Source: a virus (lineage: Duplodnaviria; Caudoviricetes). Taken from it: 45,398 bases of DNA. Positions within the stretch are counted from its first letter, which is position 1. Each line of letters begins with the position of its first letter. Location of the stretch: IMG/VR virus record IMGVR_UViG_3300020045_001946, positions 1 through 45,398 of that record; one strand, 5' to 3'. Of the stretch, positions 8,250 to 15,793 are shown piece by piece. Both the position numbers and the translations under genes were made by a program. The notes under the pieces are model-generated. The model saw only the letters and a program-made list of their open reading frames with translations. It did no database searches and was not told the DNA's origin.

Positions 8250-8359
8250 TATTTGTTCTTAATCCATTCTATAAAACACTTAGTATGGAAAGACATTTTT
8301 TGATAGATAGTCAAACTATGACCATCAACATATTTATTACAGTGTTTGCAAATGAACAT
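8249..8359 (-). CDS. 36-aa Zn-finger protein (CxxC...HxxC) with SD
   Basis: MFICKHCNKYVDGHSLTIYQKMSFHTKCFIEWIKNK; GGAGGT upstream. Confidence 0.7.
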   Translation of the reverse strand: MFICKHCNKYVDGHSLTIYQKMSFHTKCFIEWIKNK

Positions 8360-8426
8360 ATAACCTCCGATAAGAAAGCCCACATGTAGTGGGCTGGTGG
8401 ATGAGTAGCCACCTCTCAGATTGGAT

Positions 8427-8666
8427 TCACCTCGCTTTCGTAAGTTGTGATAACTCTTTCTGTACCATAAGTGATTCCTCCTCTGTAGTGGGTTGAAGTG
8501 ATATAAGATACTCGATACGTTGAGCAACCATTCTCTTGTGTGCTTTATGCTTAGCAAAACAGCTAGGATGAGCTGGTTTACCATTCACCATTGGTACTTT
8601 GTAAGCAGTCGGAAATGTGAACATCCTACCGCACTCTGGTACTCCGCATGTAAATGTCTTGAACAT
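8427..8666 (-). CDS. 79-aa Zn-finger protein (Cx4C...HxxC plus helical tail) with SD
   Basis: CGVPEC...HPSC; AAAGGAGG upstream. Confidence 0.8.
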   Translation of the reverse strand: MFKTFTCGVPECGRMFTFPTAYKVPMVNGKPAHPSCFAKHKAHKRMVAQRIEYLISLQPTTEEESLMVQKELSQLTKAR

Positions 8667-8692
8667 ATATCCTCCTTTAAAGAACTACTATA

Positions 8693-8720
8693 AGTATACT
8701 CTTTGGAAGATTATTGTCAA
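8693..8720 (-). promoter_or_regulatory. Promoter of the Zn-finger cassette
   Basis: TTGACA-16-TATACT. Confidence 0.75.
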
Positions 8721-8734
8721 TCTAAAACAGTGTA

Positions 8735-8911
8735 TTACCCTAATACTGGAGTTTCTACCTTCTGACCTTTTGCGAACTTATACCCAAAAGCCATTAAAAC
8801 CATAGTCACAAAGTCTTTTACATCCATAATCCCCATGAATGTTAAACCAATAGAAGCTAAAGCTAGAAGTATTACTATAAGGTCTGTGTTGTTATTTATA
8901 AGATTTTTCAT
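8735..8911 (-). CDS. Putative holin (58 aa, two TM segments, charged C-terminus)
   Basis: MKNLINNNTDLIVILLALASIGLTFMG...KFAKGQKVETPVLG; ATGA overlap with the endolysin stop. Confidence 0.7.
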   Translation of the reverse strand: MKNLINNNTDLIVILLALASIGLTFMGIMDVKDFVTMVLMAFGYKFAKGQKVETPVLG

Positions 8912-9894
8912 TTGTTTAATTCTGCTCTTGTTAATTTACCACAATAACCTACAGCAGGAGATAGATTATGTGCTTTTTGATAATTTATAACTGATTTTAA
9001 TGTTGATGAACCAAAGAATCCAGTTGGTTCAAATGTTGCATATCCTTCGTCTACTAGCCGATGTTGAAGCTGTAGAACATCTCCATTTCTCATTCCTAAA
9101 TATAAATCCTTGTTAAATGCAAACTTTGCTGGTTTATCATTGAATATAAGTGTCCTACATTCATAGATATATCCATTCGTAAAGAAATCTTCACTAATCC
9201 ATTGGAATCCATTATCTCCAATGTTGCCCCATGAGTTTTTTACTTTAATGTACTTAACTCCATCAATAAGTTTAGCTCCACAACAATAAAGGAAGTGTCC
9301 CCACTCACCTTTACTAGTTGTTACTTTTGGGAACTTTGACAACCATGTACCATTATTTTCACCACGAACAAGAATTACTGCCCCATGGTTATTTGCAATA
9401 GCTTGTGCAACCATATCAATATTCTTGTTATTTACAACAGCGTAGGACAAGGCTTTCGACTTTGAAGCGTTTAATTTTACCTCGTCAGTGATGTCTTCTT
9501 TTCTTCTCATGAACGTTTCACTAGGAGGGTTTCCGTCTTCATATGAGGTAAGTATTGATTCAGTGGCCCAACCTTGCTTGATAGCAATATCACAGTTATC
9601 ACGAAGGTATGAACCACCATCACCTAATCCTGTTTGAGCATATATAAACTTAGCACTTCTTTCTTCTGTAGATTTAGTTGTGATAGCTTCAAGAACTTCT
9701 CCGTAGTAAGCCATAGCTTGACCGCCACAAGAACCAGAACCATTCTGGTCTTTTAGTGAGAAAGGTACAGAAACTTCATAGCCTAGCGACCAATTAAAAG
9801 GAATAGATGATTTGCCTATTTTACTCCACTTATAGTCTCTTTTGTCTAAAGGAGAAACTACAGCACCTGTTCCGTAAGATTGATGTGTATACAT
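8908..9894 (-). CDS. Putative endolysin: papain-like C1 peptidase plus peptidoglycan-binding domain
   Basis: DQNGSGSCGG (Cys), GHFLY (His), KNSWG (Asn); DVLQLQHRL...TGFFGSSTLKSVINYQ. Confidence 0.85.
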   Translation of the reverse strand: MYTHQSYGTGAVVSPLDKRDYKWSKIGKSSIPFNWSLGYEVSVPFSLKDQNGSGSCGGQAMAYYGEVLEAITTKSTEERSAKFIYAQTGLGDGGSYLRDNCDIAIKQGWATESILTSYEDGNPPSETFMRRKEDITDEVKLNASKSKALSYAVVNNKNIDMVAQAIANNHGAVILVRGENNGTWLSKFPKVTTSKGEWGHFLYCCGAKLIDGVKYIKVKNSWGNIGDNGFQWISEDFFTNGYIYECRTLIFNDKPAKFAFNKDLYLGMRNGDVLQLQHRLVDEGYATFEPTGFFGSSTLKSVINYQKAHNLSPAVGYCGKLTRAELNK

Positions 9895-9910
9895 TTTGAT
9901 ATTATAACAC

Positions 9911-10342
9911 TTATTTATTAATTGTCAACTCAGTAAATGGTGCAGCAGGATTTGGATATCTGTCAATAATATCACCTGCTATTTTATTATAATCCTGAAT
10001 CCAGTCTTGATTCTTAACCTTTGGAGGTCTGTCGTCTATCCAGTTATCGTTAATCATTGCATCTCGTAGAACACTCATACAACTCATTATTTTTGTTACG
10101 TGGCTTAATCCAGAGTCTTTATCTATGTCTTCACCCTCCCACCAAGCCATAGCATGTCTCATCATTGCATCATAGTATATAGATGCTTTAACTCCTGCTA
10201 CTCTGTAGTTGTGTGCACCATATTTTCTATCACCATCAAACATTCCTAGTGCCATTTCCATTAATACTGGTGATGATACTACATGTAAAGGAACTTTACG
10301 AACTCCTACGTTGTCTTTTGGGTTTGATTCTTTTTTTTCCAT
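9911..10342 (-). CDS. dATP/dGTP diphosphohydrolase (DUF5664-like)
   Basis: NPKD..G..K, G.RKYGAHNY, MMRH..AWWEGEDID.DSGLSH. Confidence 0.85.
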   Translation of the reverse strand: MEKKESNPKDNVGVRKVPLHVVSSPVLMEMALGMFDGDRKYGAHNYRVAGVKASIYYDAMMRHAMAWWEGEDIDKDSGLSHVTKIMSCMSVLRDAMINDNWIDDRPPKVKNQDWIQDYNKIAGDIIDRYPNPAAPFTELTINK

Positions 10343-10343
10343 A

Positions 10344-10580
10344 TTAATCTATTACTGGTAAGTTTCTAATAAATCTTTCATAGTCCCATAAATAACATAT
10401 TGATGTTGTACACGAATAATCTACAAACCCACATGTTTGTCCAGATATCCAATCAGAGAATATACCAAACTGTTCTTCGCCTAGTATTTTTTCAATATCA
10501 TAGAATGTTAATCCTAGTTCTCTGCCACCTTTTGAAATTATATGATCTTTATAATCTAATCCCATAAATTTCCGTACCAC
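10344..10580 (-). CDS. Hypothetical protein
   Basis: F.DWISGQTC...YLWDYERF pattern. Confidence 0.65.
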   Translation of the reverse strand: MVRKFMGLDYKDHIISKGGRELGLTFYDIEKILGEEQFGIFSDWISGQTCGFVDYSCTTSICYLWDYERFIRNLPVID

Positions 10581-10981
10581 TTAGTGTATAATTCCATTCC
10601 CTTATTCCAACGTTTAAGAAGTTTAGCTTCTAATTTCTTGTCATACTCCCACATGTCATTTAATTCTTGCTGTGCTTTGAAACCGTCTATAATAGTGTCA
10701 AGTATTTCAGTCCACTTAACATCATTCAATCCACTTGGATAACCACATTTGGTTTTATTAAACTCAGTCAATAACTTAATATGTAGTTCTGCCATCTCTG
10801 ATTTAAATTCATATATCTGTCTGTTGTTGTATCCTTTAGTAATCAACTGATACATCATTCTAATCTCATATTTATAATTTGAATATACAGCAGGTATTTT
10901 GTATCTAAAAATATCTGTAAATCTAGTCCACACAGTATCTTTTGGATAGCCTTTCATTAAATCTTCTAGTGTAATTTTCAT
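10556..10981 (-). CDS. Hypothetical protein
   Basis: GYP...W.EILD.II.GF...Y.NLWD pattern. Confidence 0.7.
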   Translation of the reverse strand: MKITLEDLMKGYPKDTVWTRFTDIFRYKIPAVYSNYKYEIRMMYQLITKGYNNRQIYEFKSEMAELHIKLLTEFNKTKCGYPSGLNDVKWTEILDTIIDGFKAQQELNDMWEYDKKLEAKLLKRWNKGMELYTKWYGNLWD

Positions 10982-11709
10982 ATTTTAGTTGAACTCCATG
11001 CCCCACAACCTTGGCAATGTAGACGTTGTTTGGTGTTCGTTAGATTTTTAATAAATCCTCTACGTTGTAGATTATTACCTCCACAATTAGGACACACTTC
11101 TGTTATAGGTTTGTCATTTGTCCTATGATGATTAACCATCCATCCTCTTAGTTTAAGATATACTTTTTCTAATAATACAACATCTTGTTTATTATACTTA
11201 CACATTGTCTTCCAAGACTTAGTGTCTCCAGCCATACATCCTAGCCATAAATCGAACCCACCAGTCTCTAATTTCCTACCAACACCTAGATATTTTCCTA
11301 AATTGTTTAAACTATTGCTATCAAACTTGAAATATCTTTTAGCAACTAATTTAGTATCTATTGTTTTATAAGGACTTGGTGGTGTAAGACCATGTGTGAT
11401 AAATCTTGAATTACTCTTTCGATTGTCAAAACTATTAGAATTATGTCCTATAACTACTTCTGCTTCGTCAAATAATTCCCATAATTTTTTAATTAACATT
11501 AAATCATTCTTAGGTTCTTTTTTATATAACTCAAAGTCTGGTAAAGATACAACATGTGTTTGCTTATCTCCAAGCCACTTATAAGAGAATGAAAGCATAT
11601 ACCATTCTTCTTTTACGTCTATTGTGTTCTGTTCAAAAAGTCCCCATGTATAACTTACTATAGGACTAGTTTCTATGTCATATAGTAGTATTTTAGATTT
11701 TTGTTTCAT
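10978..11709 (-). CDS. DnaQ/RNase H-like 3'-5' exonuclease with C-terminal Zn ribbon
   Basis: YDIETSP, IGHNSNSFD, IDT, YNKQDV; CPNCG...CQGCG. Confidence 0.9.
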   Translation of the reverse strand: MKQKSKILLYDIETSPIVSYTWGLFEQNTIDVKEEWYMLSFSYKWLGDKQTHVVSLPDFELYKKEPKNDLMLIKKLWELFDEAEVVIGHNSNSFDNRKSNSRFITHGLTPPSPYKTIDTKLVAKRYFKFDSNSLNNLGKYLGVGRKLETGGFDLWLGCMAGDTKSWKTMCKYNKQDVVLLEKVYLKLRGWMVNHHRTNDKPITEVCPNCGGNNLQRRGFIKNLTNTKQRLHCQGCGAWSSTKI

Positions 11710-12298
11710 GTATAAATTTATTTATTTGTCTAAGAGAATTGTTATTTTGCTTATAAAATTTATGAAATAGTGAATGACATTTAATACAAAGTGTTACCCC
11801 ATTATTTACATCGAATCTTAAATTCTTATGTTTAGAAAAATTTAAAATATGATGCGGGTGTAAATTACCACCAACTGTTTTACATTTATTACAAGTATAT
11901 TTATCTCTTTTAAAGACTAACTCTCTCCATATTTTATATTCAATTGATTTTCTTATTTGTTTATTAATAGGTGTTACAAGCTCTTTATCTTCCCATCTTT
12001 TTTTATGAGACTCACATATTTTTTGTCTATGTTCAATCGTCAAAGTTTTATTTTTATGAAACAATGATGCAGCTTCACCTACTGGAATTAATCTATTGTC
12101 TATATCTTTATTCAAACCCTTATTCCATGGAATTTTTCCAAATGAACTTATACTTATTTTTAAACACACTGATTTATCTCTTTTTTTATCTACTTGTGAT
12201 TTATTTTTACAGTTTTTACTACAAAATTTTGCAGTGTCTTTTCTAGTTAAATAAACATTAAAATCTTTTAAGCAATATAAACATACCTTATTTACCAT
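11693..12298 (-). CDS. HNH homing-type endonuclease with Zn-ribbon and NUMOD-like N-terminus
   Basis: VFKRDKYTCNKC, LHPHHI, NGVTLCIKCH; PWNKG motif. Confidence 0.9.
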   Translation of the reverse strand: MVNKVCLYCLKDFNVYLTRKDTAKFCSKNCKNKSQVDKKRDKSVCLKISISSFGKIPWNKGLNKDIDNRLIPVGEAASLFHKNKTLTIEHRQKICESHKKRWEDKELVTPINKQIRKSIEYKIWRELVFKRDKYTCNKCKTVGGNLHPHHILNFSKHKNLRFDVNNGVTLCIKCHSLFHKFYKQNNNSLRQINKFIHETKI

Positions 12299-12304
12299 GT
12301 ACTA

Positions 12305-12350
12305 ATACTAACATATTATTTTATTTATGTAAAGTCAAAATTGGGGATAA
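12305..12350 (-). promoter_or_regulatory. Leaderless promoter of the HNH gene with DnaA-like box
   Basis: TTATCCCCA, 8 nt, TTTACA, 17 nt, TAGTAT, 6 nt, ATG. Confidence 0.6.
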
Positions 12351-12500
12351 CTAACTAATCATAAAAAGAAAAATTATAATTAAAACAAAACCATAGATAA
12401 TAACTGTGCCCATACCAGAATCTTTTTTATTTCTTTTAATAATAGATTTACCATTAAGTGATGGTGTATAAATATTTCTATAAATATCGTTTTCTATCAT
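12351..12500 (-). CDS. Small membrane protein
   Basis: 49 aa with C-terminal hydrophobic segment. Confidence 0.5.
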   Translation of the reverse strand: MIENDIYRNIYTPSLNGKSIIKRNKKDSGMGTVIIYGFVLIIIFLFMIS

Positions 12501-12501
12501 A

Positions 12502-13380
12502 TTATAATCTTATCATTGGTTGCATCTCAAACCGTGCCTTGGGTTTGAATGATTTAATAGTTTCGTACTTAGTAGCGAAGACTGAGATGTTAGATATCTG
12601 TGGAGCGTAGTCTACACCAATTAGTTTCTTGGCCTTGTCTATGTTATCACGGATATCTTTTAGACCATAAACAGTAATAAGGTTATCGAAGGCCTTTCGG
12701 TTCGTTGGAGAAAAAATCGGCGAAACAGCAGGACATAGAGTTTTATAGAAGTATATTACCATTGAGTTGATGTCAGCACTTTCATTAACTAATGTAATTA
12801 CTTTATTAGATTTTACAGCAACCGACGGAGTCGTTGCTAATATATTACTCTCTGTAGTAATCTCTGATGTACTCTCTGTTATAGTTTCATACCGTTGGTG
12901 TGTTTCCAATGATACCGTTGGTAGTGGTGATACTGACCGTTGGTTGCTATGGTTTGTCCTAGTATAACCTTCAGAAGTTAAGAATAATTCTGCAACTTTT
13001 TCTAGGTTAATCTTATAATGAATTGTTGGAGAACCGTTCGCTCTATGAGTTTCTGTTACAATACATCCAAGTCCAACAAGAATTAATCTTATACGGTCTT
13101 GCTCTCTAGGAGTAACCCCAGTCTCATCATATATCTCATCCTTTGACTTATATATAAAACCATCTTCTCTAGTACCTTTATCACACCAATATAATAACTG
13201 TTGTAAATATACAGCTCCTGCTGTACCAAATCTTTCTTCATAGTCAACAAGTTTTTCAACCTTATTAACTATACGTTTAACTGTTTTTGTAGATATAATA
13301 ACCTTCGCAAAACTTGGTCTATACGCTATCGCATCACCTCTAAGTTTATTTAGTAAGTCTTTATTCATACTGTTTTGCAT
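12502..13380 (-). CDS. Phage replication initiator (lambda O-like, winged HTH)
   Basis: AIAYRP, LQQLLYW, FIYKSKDEIYDETG, ITESTSEITTES linker; internal iterons. Confidence 0.8.
   Translation of the reverse strand: MQNSMNKDLLNKLRGDAIAYRPSFAKVIISTKTVKRIVNKVEKLVDYEERFGTAGAVYLQQLLYWCDKGTREDGFIYKSKDEIYDETGVTPREQDRIRLILVGLGCIVTETHRANGSPTIHYKINLEKVAELFLTSEGYTRTNHSNQRSVSPLPTVSLETHQRYETITESTSEITTESNILATTPSVAVKSNKVITLVNESADINSMVIYFYKTLCPAVSPIFSPTNRKAFDNLITVYGLKDIRDNIDKAKKLIGVDYAPQISNISVFATKYETIKSFKPKARFEMQPMIRL
12891..12944. repeat. Three iteron-like repeats ACCGTTGGT (putative replication origin)
   Basis: At 12891, 12914 and 12936 (23/22-bp period) inside the initiator linker. Confidence 0.7.
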
Positions 13381-13657
13381 AGTTAAATAATTCTTCTAAA
13401 TCTCCTTCTCTTATAAGTTCTATTAAACCATCTCTACAAAATTCATTATCTAAGTATTCTTGTGAATGTCCATATTTATTAAACATCTCAACTGTGTTAT
13501 CTTTTGGAATACCCAAGATGTCTAACATTAAGTGCTCTATTTCAAACCTATCTAATAAAAAGAAAGAATCTCCCACAGCAGACTGTAATAATCTCTCTTT
13601 ATTTTCAAGTAAGTTGTTAATTCTAAATAATTCAGAAACAATTTGTTTTTTATCCAT
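13361..13657 (-). CDS. Hypothetical protein, first gene of the replication operon
   Basis: 98-aa ORF overlapping the initiator start. Confidence 0.65.
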   Translation of the reverse strand: MDKKQIVSELFRINNLLENKERLLQSAVGDSFFLLDRFEIEHLMLDILGIPKDNTVEMFNKYGHSQEYLDNEFCRDGLIELIREGDLEELFNYAKQYE

Positions 13658-13681
13658 GTTTAAATTTACTATTTTGTAATA

Positions 13682-13774
13682 GCCGTAAAATATATAGAAT
13701 TTCTCTTTGATACTCTACCACCCACTGGTCAGCAAGTAGTAGAATATCAAAAAGGACCAGTTATACCTTACGGC
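13682..13774 (-). ncRNA. Structured 5' leader of the replication operon
   Basis: 24-bp stem 13703-13726/13731-13754 with G-U pairs on the minus strand, enclosed by GCCGTAA/TTACGGC. Confidence 0.7.
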
Positions 13775-13782
13775 ATGTCTAC

Positions 13783-13904
13783 ATTATATACCATCAATAA
13801 TAATCTGTCAACCTCCACATGTGGATTGCCTAACGCATAAGTGATTACACTTATTTGTTTTATCCCCAGTTTCTGCTTGTTACACTTGACATCTATGATA
13901 TACT
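13783..13904. promoter_or_regulatory. Divergent promoter pair with DnaA-like boxes and a central palindrome
   Basis: Leftward TTGACA-17-TATAAT; rightward TTGTTA-16-TATACT; boxes at 13820-13828 and 13860-13868; ATAAGTG-atta-CACTTAT at 13837-13854. Confidence 0.75.
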
Positions 13905-14327
13905 GTGGTAATGAAGAAAACACTAAAGGTTAAGAAGCCAAAACTTCTTACCATTAAATACCTAGAAAGAAAAGTATGGACAGAATGTAAAAGAATAGTT
14001 CGTAATAAACACATACATACATGTATATCGTGTGGAGAAGAGAACCTTGAAGGTAAGAATTTGCAAACAGGCCACCTGTTTCGTGAGAAGTTTCTACCAT
14101 TCCAAATGAAGAAAGACTTACGTTTACTTAGACCGCAGTGTATAAATTGTAACTTATACAGAAAGGGTAACGAAGCTTGGTTTGCCACTAATCTTATTCG
14201 TCAAGAAGGTGCTGACTATCTACTAGATATTGCAGAAGACATAGAGTTCTATAAAGGTGAAGAGTTGGATACTCCACAGAAACGAATGTTCTTGACAAGA
14301 TTATTAGAAAGATATAAACTTATGTAA
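13905..14327 (+). CDS. ninG: NinG/Rap-family recombination endonuclease (likely start ATG 13911)
   Basis: TCISCG, QTGHLF, PQCINCN..KGN. Confidence 0.85.
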   Translation: MVMKKTLKVKKPKLLTIKYLERKVWTECKRIVRNKHIHTCISCGEENLEGKNLQTGHLFREKFLPFQMKKDLRLLRPQCINCNLYRKGNEAWFATNLIRQEGADYLLDIAEDIEFYKGEELDTPQKRMFLTRLLERYKLM

Positions 14328-14340
14328 CCGACCAAGGAAT

Positions 14341-14411
14341 TGTGGAGTAGAGTAAAGGTAATTCGTTAGGCTCATAACCTAAAGATAACGGTTCGATTCC
14401 GTTCCCCTCAA
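14341..14411 (+). tRNA. tRNA-Met(CAT), initiator-like and degenerate
   Basis: Cloverleaf: GAGT/ATTC D stem, TTAGG-CTCATAA-CCTAA, AACGG-TTCGATT-CCGTT; two acceptor-stem mismatches; no encoded CCA. Confidence 0.8.
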
Positions 14412-14585
14412 CAAAGCGTAGTAGTAGTTACATACATAATTGACTACAAGGCTCGGATAGTAGAGTAAACTCCTACAACACTATCTTAAACGGAGACACC
14501 GTGATGCAAATTCAAAAACTGTGGAGTCGCTTATTACATATCGTGTATGACTGTAGTAAGAAAGGTAATTAAATTCGCAAAGACT

Positions 14586-14614
14586 GCCACAGAAATGTGG
14601 TCGTTTTTGTTTTG
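14586..14614 (+). terminator. Intrinsic terminator after the tRNA trailer
   Basis: GCCACA-GAAA-TGTGGT followed by CGTTTTTGTTTT. Confidence 0.75.
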
Positions 14615-14621
14615 TGCAGAG

Positions 14622-14676
14622 TTGTCCACAGTTATTTTTAATTTGCTATTGACCACAATTTATGGTAGATTATACT
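14622..14676 (+). promoter_or_regulatory. Promoter with DnaA-like box 18 bp upstream of -35
   Basis: TTGTCCACA, 18 nt, TTGACC-16-TATACT. Confidence 0.65.
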
Positions 14677-14699
14677 ATAAGAGTACATAAGTACATTAT

Positions 14700-15098
14700 A
14701 TGTCAATACAAACAATTAAACAACAACATACCTTAGAGAAACTAACTCTAAAACAATTAGAACGCACACAGGATTTCATTCTAAGTAATCCTATTATTAT
14801 TAATCAACGTACGATAGTTCGTAAACTAAAGGATAGGGTTATTCGTTCAGAGAGTTACTCTACATACCTAAGAGACTATAAACCATACTGTCAGTTCCAA
14901 GCTGACATCAATTGTAAAGGTAAGTTAAATCATAACTACACAACATGGCTAATACATGGTAACTGTTGTGAGGTGTGTACTGCTAAGTTTAATAAAGTAA
15001 AGTTACCAGAGATACGTGAGGTAAAAGAAGAAAAAAGTAGTTATGTGGAATACATGGAGGAGTTAGGAGAGTTAGATAGGATTGAGGGATTTATTTAA
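14700..15098 (+). CDS. Hypothetical Cys-rich protein
   Basis: 132-aa ORF with its own promoter. Confidence 0.7.
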   Translation: MSIQTIKQQHTLEKLTLKQLERTQDFILSNPIIINQRTIVRKLKDRVIRSESYSTYLRDYKPYCQFQADINCKGKLNHNYTTWLIHGNCCEVCTAKFNKVKLPEIREVKEEKSSYVEYMEELGELDRIEGFI

Positions 15099-15102
15099 TT
15101 TA

Positions 15103-15252
15103 ATGAGACCTTTATCTTTAAAAGTTTTAAATTGTTCACATTGTAGACCTCATAGAGGTTGTAATGCTGCACCTTATACAAAATCTTTTCATGGTAGAAA
15201 AAAAAGAAATATAACTAAAAAAGATTTTAGACATAGGCCAAAGGATATATAG
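15103..15252 (+). CDS. Small basic peptide (CxxCxPHxGCN)
   Basis: MRPLSLKVLNCSHCRPHRGCNAAPYTKSFHGRKKRNITKKDFRHRPKDI. Confidence 0.55.
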   Translation: MRPLSLKVLNCSHCRPHRGCNAAPYTKSFHGRKKRNITKKDFRHRPKDI

Positions 15253-15253
15253 T

Positions 15254-15298
15254 TTATCCACAGAAATCGCTTGCATTAACTTGTGGATATGATATGAT
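15254..15298 (+). promoter_or_regulatory. Promoter with perfect DnaA box 8 bp upstream of -35
   Basis: TTATCCACA, 8 nt, TTGCAT-16-TATGAT. Confidence 0.75.
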
Positions 15299-15334
15299 TA
15301 TAGTGTGAGTAAATAAAATAAACAAAATAAATTT

Positions 15335-15793
15335 ATGAGTAAATTTAAAGTAGGTGATAGGGTAAGATGGTTAGTGAAAGAAAGAGAAGAAGGTTATTTT
15401 AATAAAGGGTGGTTTCCTTATCTACATCTTGGTAAAGTTATAAAATATGAACAGGGTAGACCTTATGTAAGAATGGATTACTTTGAAAATCATAAAAAAG
15501 ATGGAGATTCTGAACCACTAGATTCATTAGTGGAAGAAAGTGAAATAGAGTTAGTAGAAGAAACATTAACAAATAAAATAAAAACAATTAACATGAGTTT
15601 AATTAACACATTTAAAAAACTTACTCGCTCAGAACCAGAAAAGACTTTTGTAAAAGCTGGTGTTCTTAACGAAGAACTCACACTTACAGAAGACGGAAAG
15701 GAACTCTTCCTTAACTACATGTTTGAAAAGGAGAAGGTAGAATTTAAGAAGGAAGTAGTTGATGCGATTGTGAAAGAAAATGAATCAAAGTAG
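15335..15793 (+). CDS. Hypothetical protein with SH3/KOW-like N-terminus
   Basis: MSKFKVGDRVR. Confidence 0.7.
   Translation: MSKFKVGDRVRWLVKEREEGYFNKGWFPYLHLGKVIKYEQGRPYVRMDYFENHKKDGDSEPLDSLVEESEIELVEETLTNKIKTINMSLINTFKKLTRSEPEKTFVKAGVLNEELTLTEDGKELFLNYMFEKEKVEFKKEVVDAIVKENESK

Noticed and set aside
8249-8584. 111-aa ORF from the track
   Set aside because: Overlaps the 8427..8666 gene out of frame; the SD-supported start at 8359 is more plausible
9911-10342. 2-aminoadenine or 7-deazaguanine modified genome
   Set aside because: No PurZ, Dpd/Que genes or phage polymerase recognised
14341-14411. tRNA as a prophage attachment site
   Set aside because: No integrase, repressor or duplicated tRNA 3' end recognised
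14412-14480. Theta/HDV-like ribozyme behind the tRNA
   Set aside because: Could not build the nested double pseudoknot or find the L3 and J4/2 consensus
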